From the NCBI GenBank assembly GCA_031292665.1, contig JARLGR010000143.1, forward strand, positions 1 through 32,000: a stretch of DNA of 32,000 bases. The letters are read 5' to 3'. Below, piece by piece: positions 27,652-32,000 of this stretch (positions are counted from its first letter, which is position 1; each line of letters starts with the position of its first letter). The position numbers and the translations under genes are program-made. The notes under the pieces are model-generated. The model saw nothing but the letters and a program-made list of their open reading frames with translations, was not told where the DNA came from and did not search any database. This stretch comes from Mycobacterium sp. GTDB taxonomy: Bacteria; Actinomycetota; Actinomycetes; Mycobacteriales; Mycobacteriaceae.

Positions 27652-28315
27652 GCCGGACGGTGGCGGCCGGCGCGCGGACGACCATCGGCACAGCGGGGAA
27701 GCACCACGCCATCTCGGAGCGCGACTTGCGCAGCGCGGCGGTGCCGTAACCCTTCTTGCGGTGCTCGGGGTGAATCCAGATCCGCACGTCCACCTCGCCG
27801 CGGACCAGCTCACCGAAGACCATCCCGACCTTGTCCCCGGAGTCGATGGCCACGAACCACGCGGCCTCTTCGTCGTCGACCCGCCGCAGCGCCGCGTTGA
27901 TTTCGTCCTGGAGGAGGCCGGCCGGTCCCCCGGAGCCGTCGCCCGCCGTCTTGATCTCCTCGGTGCGGATGGCGAAGATGTCGCGGTCCTCCGCGGCGGA
28001 GAACGGCCGCAGCTCCAGCGTCTCCCCGGAGCTTGCCGGGCGCTCCCCGAGGGTGAAGCTCAGCTGTTTGTTCAGGTCCTCCAGCTCGGCCAGGATTTTC
28101 CTGCGCGAATCGATGGTGAGCATGTCGAAGGACATGCCCATCACCGCTTCGGCGGCCGCGTGGGACGTCTCGAGCAACCTGACGATCGCCTCGACGGCGG
28201 CCGCCTTGTTCTCGGACTCCACCACCACGTCGGCGATTTCGTGCCGCCGTTCAAGCGCTTTCAACAGGGCGTCTGCGATCTCCCGACGGGCGGCTTTGCG
28301 GTCCTGGTCAGTCAT
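27632..28315 (-). CDS. Two-domain protein: N-terminal helical domain plus C-terminal GNAT-like acetyltransferase (Rv0730-like)
   Basis: 227 aa. The C-terminal part FVAIDSGDKVGMVFGELVRGEVDVRIWIHPEHRKKGYGTAALR fits the GNAT acetyl-CoA motif (R/Q-x-x-G-x-G/A). It sits between xylB and the methyltransferase, as Rv0730 does. It overlaps the convergent methyltransferase by 20 nt. Confidence 0.7.
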   Translation of the reverse strand: MTDQDRKAARREIADALLKALERRHEIADVVVESENKAAAVEAIVRLLETSHAAAEAVMGMSFDMLTIDSRRKILAELEDLNKQLSFTLGERPASSGETLELRPFSAAEDRDIFAIRTEEIKTAGDGSGGPAGLLQDEINAALRRVDDEEAAWFVAIDSGDKVGMVFGELVRGEVDVRIWIHPEHRKKGYGTAALRKSRSEMAWCFPAVPMVVRAPAATVRPNSASR

Positions 28316-28324
28316 TGCACCAGC

Positions 28325-29704
28325 CTAGAACGCCGCCGACGGTAGCGCGCTAGATGGCTTGTTCCCCAGCGCGAGAAAGCGCCGGTAACGATCCTCGATC
28401 GCGACCGCCCAGGCAGGGTCCGGCTCGACGATGCGCCCGGTGCGGGCCCACCGGGCGGCGTCGGCGATCGTGGTCTCCAGTCCGGCCCCGATGCGGGCCA
28501 GGAAGGCCGCCCCCAGCGCCGCTCCCTCCGCGACCCCGGACACCTCCAGCGGGCGCCCGGTGGCGTCGGCGATGGCCTGCATCCACGGCTCGACCCGGGT
28601 GCCGCCACCGGCGGCGACGATGCGCGCCACCGGGGCTCCGCTCAGCTCGATGAGCTGACGGACGACGAAGCCCGACGCCTCGTAGGCGGCCCTGCGCAGC
28701 GCGGCGGCGTCGTGGGTGAGATCCACGGCGTCCAGCACGGCACGGCGATTCGGGTCGTGGAACGGGGTGCGCTCCCCGCGGATGTAGGGCGACCACACCG
28801 GGACCCGGCCGGGTTCGACCATCGTCGGGTCGCCCGGCGCCACCGCGCGGTCGACCCAGCCGAGGAACAGGCCGCCCGCGTTGCTGGCGCCCCCGATCTG
28901 GCTCTTGCCCGGTGCGGTGTGCGGAATGGTCCACAGTCCGGGCACCTGGCGGGCCTCGCCGATGGTCGTCCAGACGATCAGCGTGGTGCCGCACAGCACC
29001 AGCACGTCGCCGTCGCGGTCGGCACCCGCCACGATCTGTTCGCACAGGGCGTCGATGGCGCCGGTGGCCAACATGGCATTGGTCCCGTGCACCCGCCCGG
29101 CGGGCGCCCCGATCGTCTCCACCCGCGGCATCTGGTCGACGGCCGCGCCGCAGTCGGCGCACGCCGCCGGGCTCCACCCCGTCCCGTCGAACAGGGGAAA
29201 GGCCGTGGCGGCGGTGGCGAAGTCGATCACCACCTCCCCCGCCAGGGCGTGGTTGGCCACCGCGGGTGCCGGCCAATAGCCGGCCGCGCCGGGCGCCTGC
29301 CCGGCCGTCCAGCGCAGAAACTCCGTGGTCTCGCCCAGGGACGGCAGCAGCTGGTTGACGGCGGCATCGTGTTCTGTGGCCGCGCGACCTCTGGCGTCGC
29401 CGTACAGCAGGCCCGGGGTGAGGGGCCTGCCCTCGGCGTCGACGGCGGTCAGCGACGGCACCATCGCCGAGACGGCCACCGCAAGCGCGTCGGGACGGTC
29501 CAGCTGCCGTAGGGCAGCCAATGGACCCCGCCGCCACGCCTCGTCGGCGTCGTGCTCCAGCCGGTCGGGGGCCGGCACCCGCAGCTGGTGCGGAATGCGC
29601 ACCCGCGCCGTTACCCGGCCGTCGGCATCGGCGGCCACGGCCTTGACCGCGGTGCTGCCGACATCGATGCCGATTGTGACGTCTTCGCGTGACACGGGCG
29701 TCAC
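28325..29704 (-). CDS. xylB: FGGY-family carbohydrate kinase (xylulokinase-like)
   Basis: N-terminal TIGIDVGSTAVKAVAAD (actin-fold phosphate-1 motif) and C-terminal VAAGGGTRVEPWMQAIADATGRPL; 459 aa. Synteny matches Rv0729. The alternative 461-aa frame (28350-29735) is Arg-rich and rejected. Confidence 0.85.
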   Translation of the reverse strand: MTPVSREDVTIGIDVGSTAVKAVAADADGRVTARVRIPHQLRVPAPDRLEHDADEAWRRGPLAALRQLDRPDALAVAVSAMVPSLTAVDAEGRPLTPGLLYGDARGRAATEHDAAVNQLLPSLGETTEFLRWTAGQAPGAAGYWPAPAVANHALAGEVVIDFATAATAFPLFDGTGWSPAACADCGAAVDQMPRVETIGAPAGRVHGTNAMLATGAIDALCEQIVAGADRDGDVLVLCGTTLIVWTTIGEARQVPGLWTIPHTAPGKSQIGGASNAGGLFLGWVDRAVAPGDPTMVEPGRVPVWSPYIRGERTPFHDPNRRAVLDAVDLTHDAAALRRAAYEASGFVVRQLIELSGAPVARIVAAGGGTRVEPWMQAIADATGRPLEVSGVAEGAALGAAFLARIGAGLETTIADAARWARTGRIVEPDPAWAVAIEDRYRRFLALGNKPSSALPSAAF

Positions 29705-29716
29705 CGTACGCCAGCA

Positions 29717-30715
29717 TTGGCATTCGTGACGTCAAGACCGCGCGCCCTGGTGACCGCCCCGCTGCGGGGACCGGGCTTCACCAAGCTACGGCAGCTGGCC
29801 GACGTGGTGTACGACCCCTGGATAAGTGAGCTCGACCAGAGGCCGCTGCGGATCTACAGCGCCGAGCAGCTGGCCGAGCGGATCACCGCCGAGTCCGCCG
29901 ACGTCGTTGTGGTGGAAAGCGACTCGGTGCGCGGTCCGGTGTTCGACCTCGGCCTGCGCGCAATCGCGTCCACCCGCGGGGACCCCAACAACGTCGACAT
30001 CGCGGGAGCCACCGCGGCCGGCATCCCGGTGTTGAACACCCCGGGCCGCAACGCCGACGCGGTCGCCGAGATGACGGTGGCCCTGCTCTTGGCCGCAACC
30101 CGCCACCTGTTGGCCGCCGACGCGGATGTCCGCAGCGGCAACACGTTTCGCGACGGCAGCATCCCGTATCAGCGGTTCCGCGGCCGGGAGGTCGCGGGGC
30201 TCACCGCCGGGCTGGTGGGCCTGGGCGCCGTGGGTCGAGCCACCCGGTGGCGGCTGTCCGGGCTGGGCCTGCGCGTCATCGCCCACGACCCCTACAACGA
30301 CGAAGCCCGGCACGGCCTCGAGGAGCTGTTGAGCGAGGCCGACGTCGTCTCGCTGCACGCCCCGGTCACCGACGACACGGTCGGGATGATCGGCGCGCGG
30401 CAGTTCGCGGCCATGCGCGACGGCGTGGTCTTCGTCAACACCGCCCGGGCGCAGCTGCACGACACAGACGCGCTCGTCGACGCGCTGCGCGCCGGCAAGG
30501 TGGCCGCCGCCGGCCTGGACCATTTCGTCGGCGAATGGCTGCCGACCGACCACCCGCTGGTGGGGATGCCCAACGTCGTCCTGACCCCACACATCGGGGG
30601 TGCCACGTGGAACACCGAGGCGCGGCAGGCGCAGATGGTGGCCGATGACCTGGAGGCGCTGCTGTCCGGCAACACGCCCGCGCATATCGTCAACCCGGAG
30701 GTGCTGGGCTCATGA
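29717..30715 (+). CDS. serA2: D-isomer-specific 2-hydroxyacid dehydrogenase (SerA2-like)
   Basis: NAD motif GLVGLGAVGRATRWRLSGLGLRVIAHD, and PNVVLTPHIGGAT with the catalytic His; 332 aa. The start is TTG at 29717 or GTG at 29726, only 12-21 nt from the divergent xylB start. Confidence 0.85.
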   Translation: MAFVTSRPRALVTAPLRGPGFTKLRQLADVVYDPWISELDQRPLRIYSAEQLAERITAESADVVVVESDSVRGPVFDLGLRAIASTRGDPNNVDIAGATAAGIPVLNTPGRNADAVAEMTVALLLAATRHLLAADADVRSGNTFRDGSIPYQRFRGREVAGLTAGLVGLGAVGRATRWRLSGLGLRVIAHDPYNDEARHGLEELLSEADVVSLHAPVTDDTVGMIGARQFAAMRDGVVFVNTARAQLHDTDALVDALRAGKVAAAGLDHFVGEWLPTDHPLVGMPNVVLTPHIGGATWNTEARQAQMVADDLEALLSGNTPAHIVNPEVLGS

Positions 30716-31374
30716 AATTCACTAAATTCACTGACAACGCCGAAACTGCGGTGCTGGACGCGGCCAAGGACATGCTGCGCCGCGGCCTCGTCGAGGGAAC
30801 CGCCGGCAACATCTCGGCGCGGCGCCCCGATGGCAACGTCGTCATCACGCCGTCGTCGGTGGACTACCGCGACATGCAGCTCGACGACCTCGTCCTGGTC
30901 GACCCGGACGGCGCCCTGCTGCACGCCGCGGACGGCCGAGCGCCGTCGACGGAAATGCAACTGCACCTGTCGTGCTACCGGGCGTTCGACGACATCGGCA
31001 GCGTCATCCACAGCCATCCGGTGTGGGCGACCATGTTCGCCATCGCGCACGAGCCGATACCGGCCTGCATCGACGAGTTCGCCGTCTACTGCGGCGGAGA
31101 CGTTCGGTGCGCCGAGTACGCGGCATCCGGCACGCCCGAGGTCGGCGCCAACGCGGTCAAAGCGCTCGAGGGCCGGGGCGCCGCCCTGATCGCCAACCAT
31201 GGCCTGGTGGCCGTCGGCCCCCGTCCCGACAAGGTGCTGCACGTCACCGCGCTGGTCGAGCGGACGGCCCAAATAGTTTGGGGGGCAAGGGCTCTCGGTG
31301 GTCCGGTGCCGATCCCCGGGGACGTCAACCGCAACTTCGCCAGCGTGTACACCTACTTGCGCGCCAACGCCTGA
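30712..31374 (+). CDS. fucA: Class II aldolase/adducin-family protein (L-fuculose-phosphate aldolase-like)
   Basis: GTAGNISAR, SVIHSHPVWATMFA (Zn His ligands) and ALIANHGLVAVG; 220 aa. There is an ATGA overlap with the serA2 stop. Confidence 0.85.
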   Translation: MKFTKFTDNAETAVLDAAKDMLRRGLVEGTAGNISARRPDGNVVITPSSVDYRDMQLDDLVLVDPDGALLHAADGRAPSTEMQLHLSCYRAFDDIGSVIHSHPVWATMFAIAHEPIPACIDEFAVYCGGDVRCAEYAASGTPEVGANAVKALEGRGAALIANHGLVAVGPRPDKVLHVTALVERTAQIVWGARALGGPVPIPGDVNRNFASVYTYLRANA

Positions 31375-32000
31375 TGCACCGTGTCCGGTGTGGCCGCGCG
31401 AGCGTGAGGCGCGTGCTGGAACTCCGGTTCGACTTGGGAACCCGCCTTTTCCCCGCAACGCCGCCGTCGGGGTGGCGAGACAACGCCGACCTGTTGGTGC
31501 CGGACTTCTACGACTCCGACACCGACCAGTGGCACATCGCGATCCAGAGTTGGGTCATCGAGGTCGATGGGCTGACCGTCGTCGTGGACACGGGTGTCGG
31601 CAACGATCGCCAGCGCCCGCACATGCCGCCACTGGATCACCTGAGCACCGGGTTCCTGGCGGCGCTGCACTCGGCGGGTGTGGACCGCCACGCCGTGGAC
31701 GTGGTGGTCAACACCCACATCCACTCCGACCACGTCGGGTGGAACACCATGCTGGAAAACGACGGTTGGGTACCGACCTTCCCCAACGCCCGCTATGTGG
31801 CGCCGGCCGCGGACTACCACTTCTTCGAGCCGGATGGGCCCGCCGCCAGGCAGTCGCCGCGCACCGAGGAAGAAGCGGCGCAGCAGCGGGGCAACCAACT
31901 CGTGTTCGCCGACAGCGTGTTACCCGTCGATGGACAACTCGTCCAGTGGTCGGATGACTACCAGATCAGCCCGTCGCTGCGACTGCGGCCCGCCGCCGGA
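31374..32000 (+). CDS. MBL-fold metallo-hydrolase (partial; runs off the window end)
   Basis: Frame 3 is open from the ATG at 31374, which overlaps the fucA TGA by 1 nt (cTGATGc), to the window edge. It reads ...SWVIEVDGLTVVVDTGVGND...VVNTHIHSDHVGWN, the HxHxDH beta-lactamase-fold zinc motif. Alternative starts are GTG at 31404 or 31413. It is not in the ORF track because no stop falls in the window. Confidence 0.65.
   Translation, partial: MHRVRCGRASVRRVLELRFDLGTRLFPATPPSGWRDNADLLVPDFYDSDTDQWHIAIQSWVIEVDGLTVVVDTGVGNDRQRPHMPPLDHLSTGFLAALHSAGVDRHAVDVVVNTHIHSDHVGWNTMLENDGWVPTFPNARYVAPAADYHFFEPDGPAARQSPRTEEEAAQQRGNQLVFADSVLPVDGQLVQWSDDYQISPSLRLRPAAG

Noticed and set aside
28350-29735. 461-aa alternative frame over xylB
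   Set aside because: The composition is Arg/Gly/Pro-rich. The 28325-29704 frame carries the FGGY kinase motifs.
31298-31957. 219-aa plus-strand ORF and 181-aa minus-strand ORF (31353-31898) at the right edge
   Set aside because: Both are Arg/Pro-rich. The third plus frame contains a clean HxHxDH metallo-beta-lactamase motif and high GC3, so it is the real gene.

Overview
High-GC (about 68%) actinobacterial chromosome, clearly Mycobacterium. Gene order and protein sequences match two M. tuberculosis regions that I know from memory. One is Rv3449-Rv3465: ESX-4 edge (mycP4, eccB4), cut3-cut4, truA-rplQ-rpoA-rpsD-rpsK-rpsM-rpmJ-infA, an F420 oxidoreductase and rmlB-rmlC. The other, inverted here, is Rv0753c-Rv0726c: mmsA-fadE9-mmsB, MarR, rslA-sigL, map-adk-secY, a methyltransferase, a GNAT, xylB, serA2 and fucA. 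In this window the two blocks are joined by about 7.6 kb of accessory DNA (10.7-18.3 kb). That DNA holds a PE/PGRS protein with a pepsin-like domain. It also holds a lower-GC islet with one intact and two decayed copies of a small secreted Cys/Trp-motif protein. The most interesting unit is a tightly coupled minus-strand operon: ECF sigma, Rieske-domain protein in the anti-sigma position, cupredoxin lipoprotein, Tat-signal metallophosphoesterase and a 4-TM protein, preceded by a flavoprotein gene. Several accessory genes look disrupted: an in-frame TAG in mmsA, a frame switch in the cut3 tail, and frameshifted secreted-protein paralogs. The essential genes keep exactly the lengths I expect. 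I saw no rRNA, tRNA, CRISPR array or transposase. All calls rest on reading the translations and the DNA; no database search was possible.
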